A stretch of 64,000 nt of DNA from a phage. The notes under the pieces were generated by a model. The model was not told the DNA's origin. It saw nothing but the letters and a program-made list of their open reading frames with translations, and did not search any database. The stretch is taken from sequence record PX068454.1; one strand, given 5' to 3'. Below are positions 36,511-44,597 of this stretch, piece by piece. The position numbers and the translations under genes are program-made. Numbering within the stretch: the stretch's first letter is position 1; every line of letters begins with the position of its first letter.

Positions 36511-37406
36511 ATCTCCGCGTAAATTAAACTGGAATCAGTATACTTCTTTAGTGGGTAAATATCCTGTCCATAGATGCCGTCATTAAACACCTCATCTACC
36601 CAAAGGCTACACTTATATCCCATCATCTCTAAAACACCCATCTCTTCTTCGGTAAACTTATCACCGCTCTTGCAAGATGTCAACACCTCATTCTGTACTC
36701 TTGCTACCTCGAAGCGATTATTGGCAATATCGCTATTAGCGATCAAATACTCACCCAAAGGGTGTGCGGCATTAAAGATGCACAGTGGACGGTTGACGTA
36801 ATAGTCTCCAGGTGTATAAAAATTATTGAGGTCTTTCACTAGAACATTCTTATCAGTCACTTCATTTATAACATCATGCATATCGCACATCTTTATATGT
36901 TTGAGGATTCCATCCCCCATCACAAAATAAAAACTTGCTGAAACACTTTCGGCATAGATCTTACTAGATCCGTTGTAGTTGTATTTTACTCGGATGCTAA
37001 CGGGGGTTTTTCCTGTCGCGTTAGCCATCATCCAAAGAAATGGCAGCTCATACTTCTCCTCTGAGGAAACAAAAGGTGAAGTAGCCAGAGATCGAAAACC
37101 TCCAGAGAAGTTGAAAGTTACAGAACCGCTCCGGCGGTATGATACTGCGTATTCTACTTTTATATCAACGTATCCGTTGGAGTAAGTATGCCCTCCATTA
37201 TCAAGGTATGTCCACTTATCAGACCCGGATACCAACCTCCGCTCAATTACCTTCATCACCATAGGAATTAGCGGATTAGTACAAACCGATCTTGAAGTAG
37301 CTTTATCATCCAAAGCCTCGTAAATTGCAGAAAGGATATCTCCAGCTGAAAGATTGGTTGTTATATCCTGTTGCCACCTGGTGCTAAAACTGTTAAGATT
37401 TGCCAT
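36507..37406 (-). CDS. hypothetical protein (299 aa), first gene of leftward operon
   Basis: ORF track; promoter 37447-37475 upstream. Confidence 0.6.
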   Translation of the reverse strand: MANLNSFSTRWQQDITTNLSAGDILSAIYEALDDKATSRSVCTNPLIPMVMKVIERRLVSGSDKWTYLDNGGHTYSNGYVDIKVEYAVSYRRSGSVTFNFSGGFRSLATSPFVSSEEKYELPFLWMMANATGKTPVSIRVKYNYNGSSKIYAESVSASFYFVMGDGILKHIKMCDMHDVINEVTDKNVLVKDLNNFYTPGDYYVNRPLCIFNAAHPLGEYLIANSDIANNRFEVARVQNEVLTSCKSGDKFTEEEMGVLEMMGYKCSLWVDEVFNDGIYGQDIYPLKKYTDSSLIYAEI

Positions 37407-37446
37407 GAATAAGTGCTCCTATGTTAGTTTTCTTTCGAATGGGTGC

Positions 37447-37475
37447 ACTATATCGGAGATTTAGAGTAAAGTCAA
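37447..37475 (-). promoter_or_regulatory. sigma70-type promoter TTGACT-17-TATAGT (leftward)
   Basis: Divergent partner of plus-strand promoter 37489-37517. Confidence 0.55.
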
Positions 37476-37488
37476 CACGTTTTTGAGG

Positions 37489-37517
37489 TTGACATCTCCC
37501 CAGGCTCTTGGTAAGAT
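37489..37517 (+). promoter_or_regulatory. sigma70-type promoter TTGACA-17-TAAGAT (rightward)
   Basis: Hexamers read directly; drives plus-strand block. Confidence 0.6.
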
Positions 37518-37548
37518 TTCTCCACCCACAGAGAACAAGAGACAACTC

Positions 37549-38538
37549 ATGAATCTTGAAAAATATTATACACCAGAAGAGTTAGAGCGCTTGCTCAAAA
37601 AATACAGACGCAAACAGAATAACGCACGGAAACGGGATATAGAGTTCAACCTGTCATGGGAAGAATATCTCCTATTTGGTAAAAAACTTTTAGGAGAGGG
37701 AGTATGCGACTATACCCTTATACCTTTCGACATGCACACAGATGAAAACGGACTGGGAAATCCTTTCTACCCATCTCTGGAGCGGATAGATGATGAAGGT
37801 CCTTATGCGGTTGATAATTGTTGTGTGGTGGGATTGAGATGCAACTCCCTAAAGGACTGCCTGGTAGATAAAAAGACCGCAGTCTTGATTAAAGACAAAA
37901 CTGATCGAAAAATTGTCCAGCAGATGATGCTCCACCTGAGCGAAGAGCGTATGGAGAAATTGAAAGGTGATTACACTTTTGAAGATTTCATCTTGCAATA
38001 TGGAACGGAAGAGGATAAACTGGCACTCTTTGACGAAGAATGGGAGGAAGATATGTCACCAATGCAGGATTTTAAAAACTTCATGGCTAATCGTGGAGCC
38101 AACAAGCACATTTCTGACATTGTAAACGAGCCTGTAGTAGAGGAGATTGAAGAGATGACGCAACAGGCTTACGAAGAGGAAAAAGAGCCTCAAGGGGTCG
38201 AAGAAGAGCTTACAGAAGAGGTTCCTGCACTGCCTGACGATGTTGAGATTGCCAAAGCTTACACTTTCTATTGCCAGACGTTCTACGATGCAGGTATGAA
38301 AGTTGATCTGTCCTTCAGCCAGTTTAAGAGCACATACATTCGAAAATGTTGTGCTTTAACTGGTGAGCGTCTCGGGGCCGGACTTAAACCACTATTAGTT
38401 ACCGACTGGAACAAAGGTTTCACCAAAGGTAACTTCATGGTAGTATCTCCAATCATGGAAAAGGCTATGACAGACCTTATGAAGACCACTCGCATGACAA
38501 TGACCGAGTTGGCTGGTATTTTCAAGCACGTTAAATAA
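37549..38538 (+). CDS. protein with two HNH_3-like endonuclease-type modules
   Basis: Likely ATG at 37549; motifs SLERIDDEGPYAVDNCCVVGLRCNSLK and a second related C-terminal module. Confidence 0.5.
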   Translation: MNLEKYYTPEELERLLKKYRRKQNNARKRDIEFNLSWEEYLLFGKKLLGEGVCDYTLIPFDMHTDENGLGNPFYPSLERIDDEGPYAVDNCCVVGLRCNSLKDCLVDKKTAVLIKDKTDRKIVQQMMLHLSEERMEKLKGDYTFEDFILQYGTEEDKLALFDEEWEEDMSPMQDFKNFMANRGANKHISDIVNEPVVEEIEEMTQQAYEEEKEPQGVEEELTEEVPALPDDVEIAKAYTFYCQTFYDAGMKVDLSFSQFKSTYIRKCCALTGERLGAGLKPLLVTDWNKGFTKGNFMVVSPIMEKAMTDLMKTTRMTMTELAGIFKHVK

Positions 38539-38571
38539 TGACAGGGGCCATTGGCCCCTTCTGGAGTTTTA

Positions 38572-40032
38572 ATGGATAGCAGAAGTTCAGAAATCATTAC
38601 CGCACAAAAAGATGATGCCTTGCGAATGCTGCAGGCCGCTCGCATGTACCTTCTTGAAAAGCTGCCGTTTTATGGCACACTGTTGTCAGGGTTGCAGTTC
38701 GTAGAAAACCACACATGGTGCTCCACTATGGCAACAGACCATAAACGCATCTACTACAGCCCTGAGTTCATTATGGGGTTGGCAGATGAGCGTAAAACCA
38801 TTCTTAAAGCATCTCTGACTGACAAGCAGTTTGAGATGGCTGAGGTTTTCTATTCCCCAAAATCTGTGAAAGAGGTGGCCTTTCTTCTGTCACATGAGGT
38901 GGGGCATATTATCTGTGATCATCTGGTCCGTGGTAAAAGCTTTGAGCCGGAACTGTTCAATATTGCTTGTGATCACGTTATCAACACAGGTCTTGTGGTT
39001 GACTTTAGCAAGCCTCCTTGTGTTTTCTTCCCGAAGGGGAAAAGCACTGAGTTCGTAAAAGGTAAGCCTTTTGGCTTCTTAGCTAGTTGCTACTGTGACA
39101 TGAAGTTTCATGGATGGATTGCTGAGAACGTCTATGCAGTTCTTGATAAACAAAGAGATCAGAATGGCGGTAAAAGTAAGAACGGTAAAGGTGAGAACTC
39201 CCAAGGAGATAAACGACAAACCGATGATCACATGAGGGGGAACGGTGGCACCAGTGATGATCTTGGAAAGGCTATGGGGTATGATCAGCCGCAACCAGTA
39301 ATCAGTCAATCTGATAAAGATCAGGCCATGCAGGACTCTGGTGACATGTTGGAAGCAGCAATGCAAGCTTCAGGAGGTCGTTGCCCTGAGGCGGTGCGCG
39401 AGTTTGTCAAAAACAAAGGCAAGCCTGTAATCAACTATATAGATATTATTAAGCAACGTATGTTGTCTAAACGAAAGGCCGAGCTAACCTACAGAAAACC
39501 TGGTCGCCGATCTGGGTCTTTGACCACCACAATGCGAAAAGTTGGAGCTATAAACAAGAATCAACACGTTATTGTTCCTGGTCGTAATCCGGAAAACACC
39601 ATAGATATTGTAGTGGCTTTGGACGTTTCTGGATCGATCTCGCAAAGAACTTTAAAGAAAATGTTCAATGAGATCACCGGGTTGTGCAATTTGTATAAAG
39701 AGTTTAAGGTTACGATGTTCTGTTGGTCAACCGAGGTTGGAGAGGTTAAAGTATACACTCGCGGTAACATCGATGAGATGATCAACTATGAGGTCCACTC
39801 AACATGGGGCACAACAGCCGCCTGCGTGTTCGAGTATCTGGATGCTAACATACCGAATGCAAAAGATGTCATCGTCCTTACCGACCTCTACTTTGAGCAT
39901 AACTTTGAACAAAAGGCTGTTGACAACAAGTGGAAAAAGTACGATACTTTATGGGTTCTCACCGAAGGGTATAATAAAAATTATATCCCGAGCTTTGGGA
40001 AAACTGTGGAATTAATCGAGTATGCTAAGTAA
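38572..40032 (+). CDS. vWA-domain protein with N-terminal HExxH metallopeptidase-like domain (CobT-like)
   Basis: HEVGH zinc-binding motif; MIDAS motif DVSGSIS; ATG at 38572 after hairpin. Confidence 0.7.
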   Translation: MDSRSSEIITAQKDDALRMLQAARMYLLEKLPFYGTLLSGLQFVENHTWCSTMATDHKRIYYSPEFIMGLADERKTILKASLTDKQFEMAEVFYSPKSVKEVAFLLSHEVGHIICDHLVRGKSFEPELFNIACDHVINTGLVVDFSKPPCVFFPKGKSTEFVKGKPFGFLASCYCDMKFHGWIAENVYAVLDKQRDQNGGKSKNGKGENSQGDKRQTDDHMRGNGGTSDDLGKAMGYDQPQPVISQSDKDQAMQDSGDMLEAAMQASGGRCPEAVREFVKNKGKPVINYIDIIKQRMLSKRKAELTYRKPGRRSGSLTTTMRKVGAINKNQHVIVPGRNPENTIDIVVALDVSGSISQRTLKKMFNEITGLCNLYKEFKVTMFCWSTEVGEVKVYTRGNIDEMINYEVHSTWGTTAACVFEYLDANIPNAKDVIVLTDLYFEHNFEQKAVDNKWKKYDTLWVLTEGYNKNYIPSFGKTVELIEYAK

Positions 40033-40047
40033 GAGAGGATAGTATTT

Positions 40048-40305
40048 ATGGCAACAGAGGTAGTAATTAAAGCTGAACGCCCAGTTAAAAAAGCTATCAA
40101 CACGTTCCCTGTAGGAACCATTGTGAGCATGATTACAGAGTCAGGCCGTGTATCTACACTGCTAATCGTGAAATCTGCATGCTCATCTTGTGTGTGGGCA
40201 TACGATCTTGACGAGAAAGAACTGAAAGATTTTGTCGGGGAGCTGAAAGCAACAGAGCTTGACGCTCGTATCGAAGTATTTGGTGAAACTATGGAGGAAG
40301 AGTAA
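40048..40305 (+). CDS. small protein, tandem paralog 1 (85 aa)
   Basis: Shares FxxG(T/E)(I/V)V pattern with the next two ORFs. Confidence 0.5.
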   Translation: MATEVVIKAERPVKKAINTFPVGTIVSMITESGRVSTLLIVKSACSSCVWAYDLDEKELKDFVGELKATELDARIEVFGETMEEE

Positions 40306-40568
40306 TGACTACAAAAATCACCATTGCAGAACCAAAAGCTAACACGCAACCTATCGAAAAGTTTAAATGCGGTGAGGTGGTAACATTCACACCAGATAAT
40401 GAAGATGCCAAGATTTTTGCCATGGTTACAGCCGAGTGGATGTGTGACAATACCACACAGGTGCTGCGTTTTGACACCTATCTTACAGATGAAATCAGGA
40501 ACGACAAGATCGTGACTGGTGTGGATACTGAGATTATTTTCTACAAGAGCTTTTTAGAGGGTTTCTGA
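40305..40568 (+). CDS. small protein, tandem paralog 2 (87 aa)
   Basis: ORF track; shared pattern. Confidence 0.5.
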   Translation: MTTKITIAEPKANTQPIEKFKCGEVVTFTPDNEDAKIFAMVTAEWMCDNTTQVLRFDTYLTDEIRNDKIVTGVDTEIIFYKSFLEGF

Positions 40569-40569
40569 T

Positions 40570-40803
40570 ATGGCAAAAATTCGTAAATTATCCAGCAATC
40601 AGGTTGTGAAAGACTTTGAATCTGGAGAGATCTTGTATGTCCGTGATGCAGATGATGAATGTGAAGATCTTGTTATGCTGGTAGGGTACGCTGAAGACGG
40701 ATGCATCCAGGCTGTTTTTCTTGAAACAGCGATGGTGCACTGGATAGAGCTGGACCTGAAAGCACGAAAACCTAAAGCAGAAATCATTATTTACGAAGAT
40801 TAA
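40570..40803 (+). CDS. small protein, tandem paralog 3 (77 aa)
   Basis: ORF track; shared pattern. Confidence 0.5.
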   Translation: MAKIRKLSSNQVVKDFESGEILYVRDADDECEDLVMLVGYAEDGCIQAVFLETAMVHWIELDLKARKPKAEIIIYED

Positions 40804-40819
40804 CAAGAAGGAGAGAGCC

Positions 40820-41269
40820 GTGTTGAGCAAACGTGAATGCGACAGCATTAGCCTGAATTCTTATAAAAAACAATGGTTTGGGGTAGAAGTTTGCCGACTA
40901 CGGCTGGGCTCCTACTTGAACTTCGTCCATTATGAGAGTGACAGTCGTATCGTTTCTTATGAAGTGTTCTACACTAAGAATACATTCGAGCTGAGACGTA
41001 AGGTGGATGGCGGGAGATCTGCCGCCCAGAATAATTGGGAAACTATTCTGCCTCCAGATGTTATAGGAAGTCCCCTGAATGTATCTGAAGATGAAAATCT
41101 TATGGTTCATGCTATGATGGGACTTGACAGCTTAGAGCTGGCGATCTATGATATGTCCATCGAAGCAGTTAAGTTGGACTACATCGAAAACACTTTAGAG
41201 GAAGGTATCAAGAAGTTTCTCGGTGAGAAATTGAAAGCCCACTTTCATAAGGAGCTATATCTGTTATGA
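40820..41269 (+). CDS. hypothetical protein (149 aa)
   Basis: ORF track. Confidence 0.55.
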   Translation: MLSKRECDSISLNSYKKQWFGVEVCRLRLGSYLNFVHYESDSRIVSYEVFYTKNTFELRRKVDGGRSAAQNNWETILPPDVIGSPLNVSEDENLMVHAMMGLDSLELAIYDMSIEAVKLDYIENTLEEGIKKFLGEKLKAHFHKELYLL

Positions 41270-41511
41270 AGACCCGTAAAGAACGTAACAAGATTTTACC
41301 TGGCGCTCTCGAACACATGATGAAGTGCAGATCTATCTGGCACTCTGCCAAGGAGGGCCAGCATGTGGTCGTGGTTAGTGATAATGTCAACCCGTTCGGT
41401 GATTATGTCACCATGATGACTCCATACATCCGCGACGGTGTTGTGGAAGTGGTTCCTTATAACGGTCTGCATGAGAGGCATTTTGAGAGCACTTTGCTAG
41501 TGGAGCTATAA
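41266..41511 (+). CDS. hypothetical protein (81 aa)
   Basis: ORF track. Confidence 0.5.
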   Translation: MKTRKERNKILPGALEHMMKCRSIWHSAKEGQHVVVVSDNVNPFGDYVTMMTPYIRDGVVEVVPYNGLHERHFESTLLVEL

Positions 41512-41513
41512 TT

Positions 41514-41834
41514 ATGGCGGTCAATGTGGCTTACAACACAGGAAAGCTTGACAGAGACATTGGGTGTCTTGTCCTTTCAGATACAGAGGAGTATTGGGGT
41601 TATGGGTTGCTGTCAGACCCACACCCGAGCAACCTTGTATCAACGGTGCTCTATCGCTACGACCCTGTACCAACGGTGCACGACAAAGATATTCACGACC
41701 TTCGGATCAAGTGTCTGGAAGATCTTCTGAACAATGGCTGCAACGATCTGCGGGTAGCCAAGGAGAAGCTTACAAACATTCACAAAGAGGAAGTGATGAG
41801 CACCCTCAGTAAGAGGTCAGTGCACAAAAGATGA
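41514..41834 (+). CDS. hypothetical protein (106 aa)
   Basis: ORF track. Confidence 0.5.
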   Translation: MAVNVAYNTGKLDRDIGCLVLSDTEEYWGYGLLSDPHPSNLVSTVLYRYDPVPTVHDKDIHDLRIKCLEDLLNNGCNDLRVAKEKLTNIHKEEVMSTLSKRSVHKR

Positions 41835-42079
41835 TGTTAAACTTTGCGATGGGTATCTACATGGATGGGTATAAGGGAGGGGATCCGATCCTCAAGCTTC
41901 GCTGCCCAACACTGTGGGAAAGAGTGGTTGACAGTAAAGACGGTACTGCCCTGCTAGAACTCCACACTGCAGGTTGGATTTGGCGGTATGTAGACGGATA
42001 CCCTCTGTGGGCATGTGGGCCTGGGGAATTTGTTGACAGACCTAGCGCGGTAGTGGATTTGCTATTGCAGTTTGAATAA
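41831..42079 (+). CDS. hypothetical protein (82 aa)
   Basis: ORF track. Confidence 0.5.
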   Translation: MMLNFAMGIYMDGYKGGDPILKLRCPTLWERVVDSKDGTALLELHTAGWIWRYVDGYPLWACGPGEFVDRPSAVVDLLLQFE

Positions 42080-42135
42080 AAGGTGAGTTATAAAGCATTC
42101 ATACACCTATCAACAATACAACAAGAGAGACTGAG

Positions 42136-42411
42136 ATGACGAAAGAAGAAGCTGACGTATTAGACTTTGCACTGGAGGCTACGCAGGAGGCTTTGGTGTT
42201 AGCTTGGAAAATGAACCAGCGTGCTGCAGAATGCAACCGCCGCATCAATGAGATCCTGGGTATGTCTATGTATGATTTCACCATGCATGCTGGAGAGATT
42301 CCTGAATTAACTGCTGAGATGAATGATCTTGACAATAAAATTAATATCATTCTGAAGACAGCAGAAACAACTCACCAAACCGCCCGTAAATTTATCAACG
42401 AGAAGGTGTGA
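42136..42411 (+). CDS. hypothetical protein (91 aa)
   Basis: ORF track. Confidence 0.5.
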   Translation: MTKEEADVLDFALEATQEALVLAWKMNQRAAECNRRINEILGMSMYDFTMHAGEIPELTAEMNDLDNKINIILKTAETTHQTARKFINEKV

Positions 42412-42413
42412 AT

Positions 42414-42878
42414 ATGGACTACAGCTACTGCGGAGAAGAAGTACCTTTTAACTACAGCAATCTCACCACGAGTAATCCATATGAGACTCGTCACGGCACA
42501 CACATCATTGCTATTGACTTTGATGGAACGTTTAATGCGAGCCCTTTCATCTTCTCCCGCCTTATTAAGGACCTGAAGAAGGAAGGGTGGACAGTCTATC
42601 TTGTGACTTCCCGATTTATCACTCAAGACAACGTGGACATCGAATACTGGCGCAAGGAGCTTGATGTTGGTGTGTTTTATACTGGGGGTGTTCAGAAGGC
42701 AGCCTATCTGGCGCAGTTTGATATCTACCCAGATATCTGGATTGATGATTCTCCGGCATGTATTCCGGCTAAGAATCAGTTAGAGTTTGCAATGAAGGAG
42801 ATCGAGTATAAGTCTGAGGCTAAGCGGAACGGATGGCCCTTTATTATTGAAGATTACCCAGATCCTGAACCGGAGTAA
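42414..42878 (+). CDS. HAD-superfamily hydrolase-like protein (putative nucleotidase or phosphatase)
   Basis: HAD motif I IAIDFDGT; ATG at 42414 after RBS GAGAAGG. Confidence 0.5.
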   Translation: MDYSYCGEEVPFNYSNLTTSNPYETRHGTHIIAIDFDGTFNASPFIFSRLIKDLKKEGWTVYLVTSRFITQDNVDIEYWRKELDVGVFYTGGVQKAAYLAQFDIYPDIWIDDSPACIPAKNQLEFAMKEIEYKSEAKRNGWPFIIEDYPDPEPE

Positions 42879-42883
42879 GAGCC

Positions 42884-43054
42884 ATGAGGCGAAGATATTA
42901 TTACCTGATGTGGAAGTTATATCAAAATGCTGCCAAAGCCTATCATACCATGTTTGGCAATGACGATCACTACATCATGTTACATCTCACCGCTATTAAG
43001 CATCACAATGAGTGGATTCATGCAATCGTGGCAGGTGATAAAGACTTTAAGTAA
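42884..43054 (+). CDS. hypothetical protein (56 aa, not in ORF track)
   Basis: RBS GGAG then ATG; translation MRRRYYYLMWKLYQNAAKAYHTMFGNDDHYIMLHLTAIKHHNEWIHAIVAGDKDFK. Confidence 0.3.
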   Translation: MRRRYYYLMWKLYQNAAKAYHTMFGNDDHYIMLHLTAIKHHNEWIHAIVAGDKDFK

Positions 43055-43180
43055 AATATGCCTTAAAACGCAACAGGAGTCCCTGTAGCGCACTTAACTC
43101 ACCGCAGGCATAAGATTGCATTGCTAGGTAGTTTTGTGCATCATTTTAGTTACAGAGCTTTCTAGACGGAGACTGATTAA

Positions 43181-43561
43181 ATGTGCAAGTGTAAATCCTA
43201 TAATTGGAAAGTGAAAGGTGCCAAGCATCCAAATGTTATCGTTGATGTGCCTAAAAAACTTCGAGACGGCAAAAAACGTGTGTGCCTTGATAAGTGCATG
43301 GCTAAGCCTATCATGAGTCTATGGGCGGCAGGATTGAAAACTCTAAACTGCTGCTGTGGTCATAACAAAGATGTTCCAAGCATCATTATCCCAGAGGATG
43401 CAGACCCTAAAGCTTATGCCAAAATATTGACCCGCTACCCCAGCACCTTTCTGATCGGAAAATGGTGTCACGATGAACTTCAATGGTGGATAGCGTACGG
43501 CAGTGTAGGTGCTGCTTTTGGCTTCCCAGCTTTGTCAGAGCGCTACGTCAAAGCATCATAA
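43181..43561 (+). CDS. Cys-rich hypothetical protein (126 aa)
   Basis: ORF track. Confidence 0.5.
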   Translation: MCKCKSYNWKVKGAKHPNVIVDVPKKLRDGKKRVCLDKCMAKPIMSLWAAGLKTLNCCCGHNKDVPSIIIPEDADPKAYAKILTRYPSTFLIGKWCHDELQWWIAYGSVGAAFGFPALSERYVKAS

Positions 43562-43666
43562 TCTGTTTTAAGGCCTCAAACGAGGCCTGTGCCTTCAATA
43601 ACTCTACCCTCTCTTGTGATTACACTCACCTTTCAAAAAACTTCCCCAAAACGCTTAAAAATGTTG

Positions 43667-43696
43667 TTGACAGCAAACACCCCAGTTTGCTATTCT
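43667..43696 (+). promoter_or_regulatory. sigma70-type promoter TTGACA-18-TATTCT
   Basis: Hexamers read directly upstream of CDS 43730-44059. Confidence 0.45.
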
Positions 43697-43729
43697 CATT
43701 ATCACAGATACAGAACGGAGTAACAAAAA

Positions 43730-44059
43730 ATGGCACATGTGAATATTAAACTACATTATCATGGTAGAAAACCAAAATATCCAATGCATAAAGTATTTTG
43801 GGGGTTGCATATCCAAGAAAAAGAAGGTATTGGTTACTGGTTTTGTGACCACGATAGACAATGGCATACCCATGAAGAAGTGTGCACTATGATGGAGCAG
43901 GGTATTAAATTTAATTTCTCAAACTATGATCATGGTGTTAATTGCATTCGAAAATTGAAACGATTTCTTAGAAAGAATCCTGAACTTAAAGGGCTTACAT
44001 TCTTTATGTCTCATAACTACATGGGGTATAGCGCTACTGTAACTGCAAGGATTAAGTAA
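43730..44059 (+). CDS. hypothetical protein (109 aa)
   Basis: ORF track. Confidence 0.5.
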   Translation: MAHVNIKLHYHGRKPKYPMHKVFWGLHIQEKEGIGYWFCDHDRQWHTHEEVCTMMEQGIKFNFSNYDHGVNCIRKLKRFLRKNPELKGLTFFMSHNYMGYSATVTARIK

Positions 44060-44060
44060 T

Positions 44061-44279
44061 ATGAGCAAAGTAAAATTTGTTAAATTTAAAAATCCTAACG
44101 GAATAACAGCCCTTATGATGGGTGTACACTTTACACCGGGCAAAGAGTATGAGGCAGATGTATACAATGGGATAGATGGTAAAGTTGGGATAGGTGTGTG
44201 GACAAACCGTGGAGAAAGATACTTTATCAAGGATATGGATGCTCACTGGGGTATTTGGGAAGTTGTTGGAGATCTGTGA
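44061..44279 (+). CDS. hypothetical protein (72 aa)
   Basis: ORF track. Confidence 0.5.
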   Translation: MSKVKFVKFKNPNGITALMMGVHFTPGKEYEADVYNGIDGKVGIGVWTNRGERYFIKDMDAHWGIWEVVGDL

Positions 44280-44348
44280 TGATGAAATGAAATACTGTTT
44301 CTTCGGCAATATGTAATATAGATTGGTTAAATATGGAGACTGATAGAG

Positions 44349-44549
44349 ATGGCTGATTTTTGTAAAGACTGTTCTGAAGAGTTGTTTGGTTTTGACTGCA
44401 AAGATTTGGAAGGTCTGATCACTGAGGATCAGTGGAAGGAAGGCTATGCAGCACCTGTTATTTGTGAAGGTTGTGGCTATACCTATGTTGACCATAAAGG
44501 TAAGCGCGTCAAGCCGTCTGAAGATGGGGCATGTTGGGAGTATTACTAA
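44349..44549 (+). CDS. Cys-rich zinc-ribbon-like protein (66 aa)
   Basis: CKDC and CEGCG motifs. Confidence 0.5.
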   Translation: MADFCKDCSEELFGFDCKDLEGLITEDQWKEGYAAPVICEGCGYTYVDHKGKRVKPSEDGACWEYY

Positions 44550-44560
44550 CTATAAAAAGA

Positions 44561-44590
44561 AAGGGGCCATTTGGCCCCCTTTTTTATCTA
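44561..44590. terminator. bidirectional rho-independent terminator between convergent blocks
   Basis: Hairpin GGGGCC-ATTT-GGCCCC flanked by A-run upstream and T-run downstream. Confidence 0.7.
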
Positions 44591-44597
44591 CTCCTTG

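Noticed and set aside
38547-38563. Hairpin AGGGGCCATTGGCCCCT as a terminator
   Set aside because: No U-tract follows on either strand; more likely an intercistronic stem-loop.
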